DNA of 56,176 nucleotides, from contig NC_068989.1 in NCBI RefSeq assembly GCF_001194135.2, positions 28,022,761-28,078,936 on the forward strand, written 5' to 3'. The notes beneath the pieces are model-generated. The model was not told the origin of the DNA, searched no databases, and saw only the letters and a program-made list of their open reading frames with translations. A program made the translations under genes and the position numbers. Below are positions 26,641 through 39,318 of the stretch, piece by piece; position 1 is the stretch's first letter; each line of letters starts with the position of its first letter. This stretch comes from Octopus bimaculoides. Lineage: Eukaryota.

Positions 26641-27050
26641 ATTATTTTGACTTTATGTGATCCACAACAATATTGTTTTTTTAGGGGTGAATGTATAATA
26701 TTTTGAGTGCATACGTATATATTATTCATATCTTTTTACTTATTCGCTTATCTGTATATACATATATATGTATGTAAGGGTGTAAACGCTTTATGTAGAC
26801 AAAATGCGCGTAATATATAAGTGTTGACATGTATATGTGTATGTTTATGTATACATGTATATATGAATATATATGTTTCTGTGTACATGTATATGCATAC
26901 ATATGTTTCTTTATATATATATATTCCTTTGCGTGTATTGGTTCACATACACGTATCTCCATGTATATGTGTATATGTGCTTATCTTTTTGTATTTATTG
27001 TTTGTTTATGTATATTTATGGGTGTATATAAATATTTATATATATATATA

Positions 27051-27092
<42 letters not shown>

Positions 27093-27600
27093 CATTAATT
27101 AAAATATGAATGTTTTTGACCGATATTAATATATGTTTATGTATTATTTTTACACAAGTTTCTTTCAATTTTAAAAACAAATTACTAAAGTATTTATTTT
27201 ATCTCCTCATTTATTTATCCTTTATTATCTTAATAAAGCTCTATTCATTTATCCTTTATTTTCTTAATTATATTCACATATTATCCATTACCCACCAAAA
27301 TAACCTATAACCCTCTAACCCAGGCATATACCAATATTAGCCATAAAATAATATTCAGTCTGCTGTGATGATTCTAAAATACAACACATAAAAATCTAAC
27401 AGTATGTCTTTTTTCTAACCCTCTGAATAGGTTTTGCTTAATATAATAATTTTAGTAATTGCTATTTAATTTTTTAGGCTTCATTGAAACAGCTGTAAGG
27501 TACTATGTTTGATTGTTGTAGATAATAAACTTTTATTGATTGCTATATCTCTATTTTCTTATTTTCTTATTTTCTTATATATATATATATATATATATAT

Positions 27601-27933
27601 AGGCGCAGGAGTGGCTGTGTGGTAAGTAGCTTGCTTACCAACCACATGGTTCCGGGTTCATTCCCACTACGTGGCACCTTGGGCAAGTGTCTTCTACTAT
27701 AGCCCTGGGCCGACCAAAGCCTTGTGAGTGGATTTGATAGACGGAAACTGAAAGAAGCCTGTCGTATATATGTATATATATATATATATGTTTGTGTGTA
27801 TGTGTGTCTGTGTTTGTCCTTCCAACATCGCTTGACAACCGATGGTGGTGTGTTTACGTCCCCGTAACTTAGCGGTTCGGCAAAAAGAGACCGATAGAAT
27901 AAGTACTAGGCATCCAAAGAATAAGTCCTGGGG
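27601..27933 (+). mobile_element. SINE family A, well preserved (tail in gap)
   Basis: AGGCGCAGGAGTGGCTGTGTGGTAAG...CCGGGTTCATTCCC...CCTTGGGCAAGTGTCTTC. It begins immediately after (TA)n. Confidence 0.93.
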
Positions 27934-27991
27934 NNNNNNNNNNNNNNNNNNNNNNNNNNNNNNNNNNNNNNNNNNNNNNNNNNNNNNNNNN

Positions 27992-28055
<64 letters not shown>

Positions 28056-28638
28056 CTGATACTTTCAATTTCCGCTCTCATATCTTCTCTACATACCTTC
28101 CCCAATTTTTTAAATGTGTAACATAGACTATTACGGAGTAGATGGTAGAAATGACATGAAAAATAAATCATTCGTTCATCTTCCGTGTTTCATTAACGTA
28201 TTACTAATACTGCAATATATCACACAAGCCGAAATCTATCACCAGTAGACTTAAATTTCACTAGCAAGTAATTGTGTGAAAAAAATAACAATTGATTTAA
28301 TTTGTATTCGCCGACCAAAGTCCTGTTAATTTTTCGAAACTATTAAACGACCCAGATTAACAAATACACCTTTGTTATTCCTGGCCAGTTTATTATCACT
28401 TACCAGACATGCTTATTTGTTTATTGCTTTTTTAATCATATATGTTTCATCAAATCCTCAACGCTGAGTTATCAAAAATGTACAAAATACATGAATAACG
28501 GCAATGAAAGTCTAATAAGAGTAATGTCGTGAGATCGGCACGTCTGAGACACGTTAGTAAAACCTGACGAAATATAGCCGTCTTCGTATCTGGACGCAGC
28601 CGACTTCCTAGAAGGACAAAGTGGAAAAAAGCAAAAGA

Positions 28639-28848
28639 GAAGAAGAAGAAGAAGAAGAAGAAGAAGAAGAAGAAGAAGAAGAAGAAGAAGAAGAAGAAGA
28701 AGAAGAAGAAGAAGAACAACAACAACAACAACAACAACAACAAGAAGAAGAACAAGAAGAACAAGAAGAAGAAGAAGAACAAGAAGAAGAAGAAGAAGAA
28801 GAACAACAACAACAACAACAACAACAGCAACAACAACAACAACAACAA
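28639..28848. repeat. Compound (GAA)n/(CAA)n microsatellite
   Basis: Direct reading of the sequence. Confidence 0.97.
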
Positions 28849-29084
28849 GAGAAAGTATCAACAGCAGTCAACAACGATTTGTCCCAGTGCTTCAGTAGTG
28901 CTAGTACTTGACGAGGTCTTGTCATCAACCCCAAAAAATAAAAAGGAAAGCTAACCTTAGCAAAGAGAGTCAGGATGCATACAAAAAGTATTCAGTTGAG
29001 GACGCTCTTACTACTCTCCCAAATGCCAGGCATAAATAGATGAATATGTGTATCTATGTATGTATGTATGTATGTATGTATGTA

Positions 29085-30725
29085 TATGTGCAGATTTGTA
29101 TGTTTTGTTTTATGTAAGAATTCTCATGTACATAGTTGCATATCTAGAAATGCTCATATATATCTAAATGGTAAAATTCTGGAAAGCTTTACAGATTTTT
29201 ACAGTTTCAGTAATGGATTGGAACTGTAGTCTTCGAATTAGCTTTCTCCTTTCTGATTTTGAGAAGCCTAATTTCTCAAGATCGGTATTTAGGCAGTGTG
29301 TTACATACCCCAGGTCCCCAGTAATTACAGGTATAAACCCGAACTTGTAATCTGGATAGAGTAACTGGAGGTTTCTCAATACTTCAGCGTTGATATTCTT
29401 TTTTCACTGATCTTCAGCTGTATGTTAACATCTGCTGGGCAGCTGATTTCTACAACAGTACACAGTTTCTCTTCTCTATCAGGCATGTTGTGTTTACATT
29501 TAATGGAAGTCTTCACTGGGACATTCTACAAGTACAGCTTTTTTTTATTATGATATGTTTTGGCTTCTACCATACTGTGGGTTCTTATTTCTTTATCAAC
29601 GAGGTTATCATTCCGAAGGATTTCATTATAGAGTGTCCTATCTACAACAGCATGTCTCATCGGTAGATAATACCGTGATGACATTTTCGGACAACTGCTT
29701 ATGATGTCGGTGATATATTCGGTGTTAACTCCACAAAATCTGCATCGGTCGTCACATTTTGCTACTTTTCCTGCATCTCTAACTTTTCTGCATTAAGTAT
29801 TTGCTTGATATTTCTTGTTTCTGGATTGCAAACCCATGCTCTTCAAAGTGGGAGGTAGTAATCCGGCTATTGGAGACTGCTTTTATGATCAATATTACTA
29901 TAATCTCGGAGCTTTTTACTAACATATCCATGCATAGTTTTCTGCTCATATAGGCTCATCCTTTCATGCGATGATACGTTACGGTAAAGTCGTGCGACAT
30001 ATCTGGGCATGTATTATAGGTTATTAGACAAGAAATATTTCACAAAGAGCTGCCTTCCAAATCTTATGATGCCATCAGCTTCATGTTTGCAAACTTGGTC
30101 AAGGGATGCACTTCGACGCTTGGTGACTAAGAGATGTTGCCGAAAGGATATGATACGACATTCAAAGTCATTTTGGATCGATGTTAAGCCTCTGCTGCCG
30201 TTTTCGTTTTAGGTAGAGGCGGTCTATGCCACTGCTTATGTAGAAATTATGTAAGCTTGTTAGTAATTTTCGCGTTTTTCCATCAATAGCTTGGATCTCA
30301 TGAAGTGTCCAATCAAGCGACCAAAATGCTGGAATGAGAATTGGCACTGCAAACACATTGTGGGCCACAGTTTCATTGAATCTAGAGAGTTCTGAGGTCA
30401 AAATTTTCTTTAATGATTCGTGTTTTGTTATAGGTGCCGTTAAGATATGTTTTCATCCACTCCTAGATACATGTAACAATTCTCGTCAGGAGAAACAGTC
30501 AAATCATTGATGGAGATGTTGTTAGTGTGCTTTATAGTTTCCCCCTTTTCACAACCATATAACAACATTTATCCTGGCTCTGCACCCTTTGAAAATATTG
30601 TAATTCGGTCAAGGCTCTTTTTCATCTCATGCATATTCTTTGCATAAAGTTTCAAGTCATCCACAAAGAAACCGTTTGTAATTTTGGTACTTCTGTTTCC
30701 TTGTGTACCAGTGAGATATCCTTGT
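29085..30725 (-). mobile_element. 5'-truncated decayed R4/Dong-clade retrotransposon (RT C-terminus, thumb, CCHC, RLE), same family as 4434-5587
   Basis: Minus strand FFVDDLKLYA (RT catalytic motif, about 30641-30673), YMYLGVDE, KTRKLLTSLHNF..IDRLYLKR, and LRNLQLLYPDYKFGFIPVITGDLGYV. DNA aligns with the copy at 4434. Confidence 0.9.
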
Positions 30726-30758
30726 ATTCATGCATGTATGCATGTATGTCACAATTAA

Positions 30759-30812
<54 letters not shown>

Positions 30813-30840
30813 GAATATCGATTTAACAAAACCATCCGAG

Positions 30841-30904
30841 GGATGGAGTAGTCCCTACTGACGAGTCTACGACTGATAGACGAAACTAGTCTAGTCCATT
30901 GATC
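30841..30904 (+). ncRNA. Type I hammerhead ribozyme
   Basis: CTGACGA 30858-30864; stem II GTCTA/TAGAC; GAAA 30882-30885; stem III ACTAGT palindrome; GTC cleavage triplet ending at 30891; stem I CTA/TAG plus distal ATGGA/TCCAT. Confidence 0.85.
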
Positions 30905-32394
30905 CTAGCCTCGCTTGTGGGGAGGTTATCTCCCCTGTCATTGTATATATATTGTGCACTTCATACAGCATTAAGGGTTTAAACTCTTATCTCTTGCAAT
31001 ATGGGATCTGTTCCAAACCCTTAGTTACAACTAGTAACGATTAAAATTTTCCTTTATGGTCTTATATTCCGCTTAGTTGTGTATATTAATTTTTATGTAT
31101 GTATGTACGTATGTATGTATATATGTATGTATGTATGTATGTATCTGTATGTGTGTATGTATGTATGGAGGTATCTATATGTATGTATATGTATGTATGT
31201 TGCTATACGTATGTACAGCAACATAAGAGCTTCTGATGTTAGTAATAACTAGAATATCTTAACAAATTCTATTATATTTTTAAAAAAGAGAGATAGATGC
31301 ATCGTACATTAAAGCTCTAGTTACATCATCTGATTGAGTAGTCACTGACGGAACATTGTGGATCATAAATTTTCTGAACTAGGGTAGATCCGTAGTTATC
31401 CAACAACAACAATAGCAACAATAACAGTGATCATGTCACAGAAGCATATTAATACTCTTTTCATTGGTTTTCACTTGATCTCTATTGTAACAGTTTTTGT
31501 AATTCAAACAGTCTGTTTTACTTTATTGCGTTTATAATTTCTTTTAATTTTACACTTTAAGTATGTACAACGGCTATGATGTGCAACAGCGATATATGGC
31601 TAGATCATAAAACTATATAAGGAAACAGAATTCTTTAGTTATGTGTGAAATCATATTTTTAGATGATAGCGGAAGTATTGCAAGTTCCATATTTTATACA
31701 TTTTCCAATTTATACTTTTTTCTTAGCATTGCTTTATGTTGTACAATGGTGTATATAATACCATTGATTCAGTGGGGCATTGCCCTCACTTCAGGAATGC
31801 TGCTGCCTGCTGCACACACAGGCATCCGAGACTACATTCATGAAAGAGCTAGCCGACTTATTAACATAAAGTTGCACAATCCACACTCCACACTCTCGTT
31901 CACAGATGCGATGAATCTATCCTCCTCCTTTAAAACAAGTACTAAAATAATATCAGCTTCTCGGAATGAATTGTGTTTTTTCCACCCCCATTCAGGCAAT
32001 CCCATTCTACTCGTCTCTCCTCATCTGATCATTATTGTTGTCCCTAACCCCCATCAAGGTCTCGCCCGTCCCAGTTCATACCTTTTCGGCAAGTTCCAAA
32101 TGATTCAGAACATTGATGGCACCAACTTCACCGTTCTAAGAGAGCCTGCATAGGCCATGGACATTGTTCCTTCTAAATCCAGCAAATAAAAATAAATATG
32201 AAAAGTTTCGATTAAATATTCGATTCCGTTCATTAATTACTGTCGTTTAAAACCTATCCCTTGAACTTCTTTCGTTGTGGTAAAAATTTAGGTTACGCCT
32301 TTTATTTGGTTCTGTAGTTACAATTGTTTAATGTGTAATGCCCAAACCCGTTACAGACAGGAAAAAATTATACGTACTTTATTTTTTATCGTTT

Positions 32395-32617
32395 ACTCTC
32401 TTTTCTCTTTTACTCTTTTACTTGTTTCAGTCATTTGACTGCGGCCATGCTGGAGCACCGCCTTTAGTCGAGCAAATCGATCACAGGACTTATTCTTTGG
32501 AAGCCTAGTACTTATTCTATCGGTCTCTTTTGCCGAACTGCTAAGTTACGGGGACGTAAACACACCAGCATCGGTTGTCAAGCGATGTTGGGGGGACAAA
32601 CACAGACACAAACATAT

Positions 32618-32662
<45 letters not shown>

Positions 32663-32826
32663 TACGACGGGCTTCTTTCAGTTTCCGTCTACCAAATCCA
32701 CTCACAAGGCTTTGGTCGGCCCGAGGCTATAGTAGAAGACATTTGCCCAAGGTGCCACTCAGTGGTTATGAACCCGGAACCATGTGGCTGGAAAGCAAGC
32801 TACTTACCACGCAGCCACTCCTGCGT
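32395..32826 (-). mobile_element. SINE family A, full length
   Basis: Complete head, core, internal (TA)n/(CA)n and CTTTTACT tail. Best reference copy in the window. Confidence 0.95.
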
Positions 32827-34744
32827 TTCCTTAAGAATATTAAATAATTGTTTTCGTTACACTCACAGCTGTATTTTTTTATCACAACTGTAATATTACG
32901 AACGAAACAAACTGTCAGATTTAATAACGTATAATGAAATGAACGGATAAGAACTAACTTTTGAGAGATCGATGAGCAAATCGCATGAGTACAATAAATG
33001 TATTTGATATTAATTATTACCGCACAATTTAAGAATAAAGAAATGAATTACATCGTCAATGTTTATACAAAAAGCATGCAGCCACTCAGTTCACGTAACG
33101 CAAGGTTCAAAAGCCCATCGGACAAATAATACAAATATTCAAATCAAAACTCTGCTAAGAGAGCATGCATCTTAGATAGACAAAGAATGAAAATTTAAAA
33201 AAACATATTCTCATATGACTTAAATTTACCGAAAAAATTCCAACGAAATTTGAGAAAAATCAATCCATTCAAGGTTACGTCACGTCGCACATAAGATGAT
33301 TTCGTCTAAGCACTCAGTTGCCTTTAACACGTGATTTAACAAAGCAAACAACTGACATGCGCTGTTCAAAGATGTCAGTGAGTTCTTAAACATGACAAAA
33401 TGTTAACTTTCTTGGCTTTTTGCTATTACACCACTGACATCATACTGTTATTTTTATCCACTTTGTCCCCCTCCTCTTCATCATTGTTTTTGTTTCATTA
33501 TTATTATCATTTCATATTTGATTTTTGTCTATTTACACATCAACAGATGCACGCCGTTCATTTTTCGCTCCGTCTTCTCTCTCTCTCTCTCTCTCTCTCC
33601 TTTCTAATCTCTCTCTCTCACACTTTCTTTCTCTATCTCTCTCTCTCTCTCTCTCTAACATCTAGACTGTTTTATAGAGGAATATATCTGAAATCTGTCG
33701 TGACACTAACCATGCATTTGATATTGAATGAATCTAGCAATTTATTAAGGTGAAAGAGTGAGTTCTATAACGTACCACACTACCCTTTTTGATCTGCATA
33801 ACACATAAGGGAAGCATACAAATTAATTTCAGAGTATACATAATATATTTAAAATACTTGCTTTATAACTACCTACGAGGTCACAGAAAACAACTGCGTA
33901 TCTATAGCCATGTTTAGAGATATCAACATAAAATATCGAAACGAGACTAAACTCCTTACGCGGTATATGTGTGCCATTGATAATCATCTCTAGTATACGA
34001 CGAGAAAGTGGAAATTCGTTGCATATCTGATATTAGAACGGATGTCATTAGAATGCAAATTAAATATATAATTTACAGATTACATATGAAATATGAGTGT
34101 GTATGTATATGTATGTGTATGTGTGTATGTATGTATGTATGTAAAACATATATACATATCATATAACCTAAACATAAAATATTTGATAATCATCAGATTA
34201 GAAAAAAACAATACCCTACCCAATGAATTAAAAGATAAGTAGCAGCCCTACCCAAGATTTAATATATACAAACACGAACTCTTCAATACAAGTACTACAT
34301 TCAGAATCAAAAGCACAATACACAAAAGCCATTGAAACGAACAAAGAACCATAGAAAAAAATAATAATCTCGATCTTAACCTATTTTAAGACCAAACCCT
34401 AACTTCGGACAGTGACTGGGGTGAAGTTGAGGTCAACAGTACATACCTATAAATAACAACACTCCCACCTCGCACAGAAAACTAACAAAAATTTGCATCA
34501 ATGAGTTCACTTCGAAGGTGTCTAAATGGATCTGCCATGATGGAATTGCACCTACAATATAACATTTGCAACAGGGAGTAGTCGTTACAACGAAAGCATG
34601 TGCAGGTCATTACAGTATGCTGTATATAAACTAAATTTTGTGGATGTTTTAACCTCTATGCTCTTTATTATTATTGATATTATACCTATCTATTTATCTA
34701 TCTACACACACACACACATGTATATATATGTATACATACACACA

Positions 34745-34785
<41 letters not shown>

Positions 34786-35419
34786 ACAATTAAAAGGGTA
34801 AAGGATTATCAATTTATTAATAAATTAATAATTAATAATTTTTACCAAGCCCTTCGGTATGTTAGCACCATTATCGGTGTGGAACTTATTTAAAAGTTCT
34901 TATACATTTATAAACAAAATTAAGGGATCAGCAAACAGGTTGCTTCACCACATACCGAAGTTCAGAAATAGCAGCTAAAAATGCTGAAATTCCAACAGAT
35001 AGCAGTTACCCGCAACTCACATAAGCAAAACAAGAAGAAAAATAACGAACNNNNNNNNNNNNNNNNNNNNNNNNNNNNNNNNNNNNNNNNNNNNNNNNNN
35101 NNNNNNNNNNNNNNNNNNNNNNNNNNNNNNNNNNNNNNNNNNNNNNNNNNNNNNNNNNNNNNNNNNNNNNNNNNNNNNNNNNNNNNNNNNNNNNNNNNNN
35201 NNNNNNNNNNNNNNNNNNNNNNNNNNNNNNNNNNNNNNNNNNNNNNNNNNNNNNNNNNNNNNNNNNNNNNNNNNNNNNNNNNNNNNNNNNNNNNNNNNNN
35301 NNNNNNNNNNNNNNNNNNNNNNNNNNNNNNNNNNNNNNNNNNNNNNNNNNNNNNNNNNNACTCATACAGTTTTGGGGGAATAGACTCATACAGTTTTGTA
35401 ACAGTTGCTAGAGAAATTT

Positions 35420-36085
35420 TAAGTTATTTATCAGGCAAAACCAACTCCTGCTCCTTCAGGGTCGTTGAAGGAGGGAGATAATTCGTCACTTGTTGCTCCA
35501 AAAGCACCATAAATGTTCCATAATATTTAGATCTGGTGACTGTGCGGGACAGTTTGTGTGTTTCATGTTCTTGCTCAGGTGTTTGGCGCATTATCGTCTT
35601 GGAAGATTGCTCAGTCATTAGGAAATAATGCCATATGTGAGACAAGAATGTAACATTCTTCCGGAAATATAATATTCTTCCATATTGATCCATTAGCCAC
35701 TTCTGATGATCATTACACCATATCGCTTCCCTAGATTGATAGCAGAATGAAGAGGTTTTGAAATTGCAGGTATCCAATAATATTCTGTAAAATGGAACTT
35801 GCAGCAAACGGTTTTGGTCGACACTGGGTTTGCAAGGTGTTGGTTTAACTCTATAGTCACTTCGTTGCATCAGTTCAATGAATTTTGGAAACAATGCGTT
35901 CTAATGTTCTACGATCTCTTTCTGAGAGTACTGACTTCGAACAGAAATATGCTTTTCAGAGTTCATTTTCCCTTGTTTTTGGAATGCTGTCATAACTTTA
36001 GAGGTAGTTCTTCACGAAACATGGAATAGTTGTGCAGATTTAGTAACTGAGTCTCCAGACATCCGCGCTCCAACAATTTACCTTC
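35420..36085 (-). mobile_element. Decayed Tc1-like transposase relic
   Basis: Frameshifted minus-strand pieces QIVGARMSG, ERDRRTLERIV, NPVSTKTV, IFQDDNAP, QSPDLNIMEHLW. Similar to 39319-40435. Confidence 0.8.
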
Positions 36086-36541
36086 TTTGAAAATTAATCA
36101 GTAAAGTCCCACACTTTATTATATATGAATATAATTATCTGATATAGGGTTATAATATTGGTGTTTAGATGTTAGCATTGTCACTAAAGTGAGTAAGGGG
36201 GCAAATGAGCACCAGCATTGCTAGAAATATAACTCAATATATATATATATGCGAGTAAAAATAAATACAAAAAAGGTGGGGTTTTTTGTATGATTGTGTA
36301 TAGAGGAATATATTATTTTGTTTAAAAGAGTTCCAACACTGTCTGTTTTTTATGTTTTATTTATATTCCTGCAGAACCAATGTGGGGTATAGAATATGGA
36401 ATATACAATATATAATATAATATGCAATATATAATATAAAATAAAATAAAATAAAAATGGATGGCACCATGAAAGAAAGTATTGAATGTAGATGAAATAT
36501 TGAGTGTTCAATATAAAGGATCAAATATATAAATATATAAA

Positions 36542-36581
36542 GGCGACTCGAGTTTCAGAGCTATTTCCCTTCGTCATGGCC
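36542..36581 (-). ncRNA. Hammerhead ribozyme relic (one-base insertion in core)
   Basis: Minus strand GGC-CATGACGA-AGGG(aaatag)CTCT-GAAA-CTCGAG-TC-GCC. Deleting one A gives a canonical CTGACGA core. Confidence 0.6.
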
Positions 36582-36663
36582 GGTATGACAGACTTTAACA
36601 GACTGTAATAAGTTGGCTGGTTTTCTGTCTTTTATACCAATTCCTTTGGAAGGCAGCAGTAGG

Positions 36664-36914
36664 TGTTTGGCTATTTTTAGAATTGATGTCAAATCTATCT
36701 TTAGAAATGATGATATTTTAATTTATTGTTTTGTGTGGGTTGTAGGGATAAGATTTTTAAACCCCAAGTAAGATGGATATAATCATTGTTTGGCTGTTCT
36801 TAGAAATGATGCCAAATCTATTTATAGAAATGATGATATCTGAGAGATTGTTTGTGTTTTGGTTACAGGGATAAGATTTTTAAACCCCAAGTAAGATGGA
36901 TTTAATCGTTGTTT
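36664..36914. repeat. Imperfect tandem duplication, period 123 bp
   Basis: TGTTTGGCT...AAATCTAT...GGGATAAGATTTTTAAACCCCAAGTAAGATGGAT occurs at 36664 and 36787. Confidence 0.9.
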
Positions 36915-37230
36915 GTTAAGAGTGGGTTTGAATTTCTTAATAAAGTCCTTTTCTTTGCATTTTCTTTCAATTTCATTCCGGTTGTAAAGTTTATGGAATG
37001 GAAATATAATAAAAGTTTGATGACCACATGTTGCTAGATGGTTACTCAGTGGTATTTGGCGGACTTCTGGGGTTTTAATCTGTTGTCGATGTACCCGTGA
37101 GCGTTCCGATAGTGCATTACCTGTCTGGCCAACGTACAATTCTTCACAATTAGGGCATTTGATGCAGTAGATTAGATTTCTACTTTTGCAGAATTTTTAT
37201 ACTCTGTAGTGTAATGAAATATGTAGGTTT
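36822..37230 (-). mobile_element. Penelope-like GIY-YIG endonuclease 3' fragment
   Basis: NLIYCIKCPNCEELYVGQTGNALSER..HRQQI...EKDFIKKFKPTLN (GIY-YIG with the CxxC insert typical of PLEs). Confidence 0.88.
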
Positions 37231-37829
37231 GTTTTGAAATTCTTCTAGCCTACATCTGCTTGAACTTGGCGTGACAGACATAAAATGTAAACAAGAGAAT
37301 CTAAAAAAATTATAGTTAGCAAATTACAGCCTACAGTTTAGGATTAAATCGGTTTAAAGAATATGCAGTGTCATGAATGATTCGCAAAAGCTGGCGTTGA
37401 TTCTATTTTATCCCATATTCGTATGCAGTCTATATATGTTTAGTATCATATGTGGTTGTAGAGTCGAAAATGCCAGGAAGAAGGTACAACTTTACCCACG
37501 GATTCTGTTGCGTAGCTTCATGTCACAAACAGCGCATACTAAGAGCTGAGTGTGTCATTTAACAACAATGTAAAACTAGTGAGTAACTTGGTTTCGATTC
37601 CTATGCGTAGTTATATCTTTTAATATCATCCACTAATAATTGTTGTCCACTCGACCTTGTCACAATTAAAAGTCCCCCTCAAATCACATATCCCTATAAA
37701 ATGACGAGATGACCGCGACTAAAACGCTTCTCTGAGTTGACTTGAGCTAACAGCAACATATACAATTTTTAGGGAAGGAGCACCCATTCACAACGTCCAT
37801 TTCTTCCTCCCCTAAAACTGATATAGTTC

Positions 37830-37875
37830 GACACCTGATGAAGGCTGGAGGGTATATCAGCCGAAACGTTGTGTT
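37830..37875 (+). ncRNA. Minimal type I hammerhead ribozyme (PLE-type)
   Basis: GACAC-CTGATGA-A-GGCTG(gagggtatat)CAGCC-GAAA-CG-TT-GTGTT, with ACGT palindrome as stem III. Confidence 0.75.
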
Positions 37876-37975
37876 AACAACAAACAAGATGAGGACAAAT
37901 AACCGTCAATTGTAAATAATGTAAATAATGTACATAATTCCTCATCTCTTAAATATAGAACTGTACGAAGGATTA

Positions 37976-38074
37976 GTCCACCGCGGCAGAATTTAAACTC
38001 AGAATGTAAAGACGGGTGAAATGCCACTAAGCATATTGCCTGGCATGCTAATTCTTCTGCCAGCTCACCGCCTT
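37976..38074 (-). mobile_element. SINE family B head
   Basis: Reverse complement reads AAGGCGGTGAGCTGGCAGAAG...CTGAGTTTAAATTCTGCCGCGG. Confidence 0.82.
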
Positions 38075-38299
38075 TAAATATAATAAATATTTAAAGAAAA
38101 TAAAAACTAGACAATCTATTGGAATTAGTAGAACAGTAGATCAGATTACATGCGATATTTAGTTTATTTAGTTGCGTTCGTTTAAATTCGAATATGGAAC
38201 TCGTTTTACCTTTCCGTTTTTCTGTACTCAGTGAAAGAAATTCGAATCAAGAGCTGATATTGATTATATCGACCCTTTCCTCTTCCAAGATATTCAGCC

Positions 38300-38870
38300 T
38301 TGAGCCACAGTGTATTGCACCTTCTCATCCTATTCCTATTGCCATCCATTCCAAATTTTCCCATATTCATTCTCTGGATCACCAACACCTGCAGGCCTGC
38401 CTTCTCCTCTCCTCTCTTTATTCTCCATATGTCATCCAACCTATTCTCTGCTTCCTGCTTAGTGTCAACCACAAACTCTTCAAGAACCCTAGACGTCCTA
38501 TCGTTTATGCCTGCACCTGCCCCACAGAACTTATTTCAAAATACCTGGATCTTGTCCTTTCCTCTTGCATCCCTCCCGTTCCACATCCACGATACTAATC
38601 ATACCTTCGTCTTTTTAATTCCTTTTCCTTCTCTTATGGCCGCTCCCGCTTCCTCTTTAACATGGACATCTAACCTCTCTAAATTGTCATCTCGGTCGCC
38701 CGCCACTTCTACTCGACCAACCACTCCACTGGACACCTCACTGTCTCCAATCTGGCCTTATATCATGGGACCATCAACACCAGACCTCACCGGGAGCAAC
38801 TGTACATTTTCACACGATGAAATCTTACAATGTTTGGACTTAACATCCCCCTCCTTCTTGTAACAGCTTC
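38300..38870 (+). mobile_element. Penelope-like RT relic
   Basis: KNPRRPIVYACTCPTELISKYLDLVL, HIHDTNHT, FLFNMDI, frameshifted. Confidence 0.75.
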
Positions 38871-39318
38871 CAACTTCCTTTTCCCTCACATTCTCCCCCA
38901 GTGTATTCAATGTGTACATCTAATTGATGTTTGTAGTTTTGTACCTGTTTTTTGGGGAGTGAGGGTGATTGGATAGATAGTTAGATAAATAGACAGACAG
39001 ACATACAGACAGACAGGCAGACAGGCAGACAACAGACAGACAGACAGGCAGACAACAGACAGGCAGACAACAGACAGGCAGACAACACACATGCAGACAA
39101 CAGACAGACAGCTATGTTTTTAATGACCACAATTACATCTATAAATTCAATACGAAATGACCGGGGTTACTTAACTGACACAAGCCAATAATTAATTATT
39201 TATTTCTGGTTGATAACAATCATCTTCGCGCAACAATGTCACAGATCACTATGGGATTAAGCCATCCTAAAAGTTCTCGATTGTTCCACAATTAGAAATG
39301 ATTTCTGTTTCTCAGACT

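Noticed and set aside
27601-27680. tRNA gene
   Set aside because: Has A/B-box-like motifs but no cloverleaf, and continues into the SINE body shared by many copies.
28450-28934. Poly-E/poly-Q and poly-L/F ORFs
   Set aside because: Translation of a (GAA)n/(CAA)n microsatellite with no flanking coding signal.
31641-32153. 170-aa plus-strand ORF
   Set aside because: No recognisable domain or splice context; at most a faint LINE-like relic.
34300-34570. Possible LINE APE-endonuclease relic
   Set aside because: Only vague peptide resemblance; no catalytic motif could be read.
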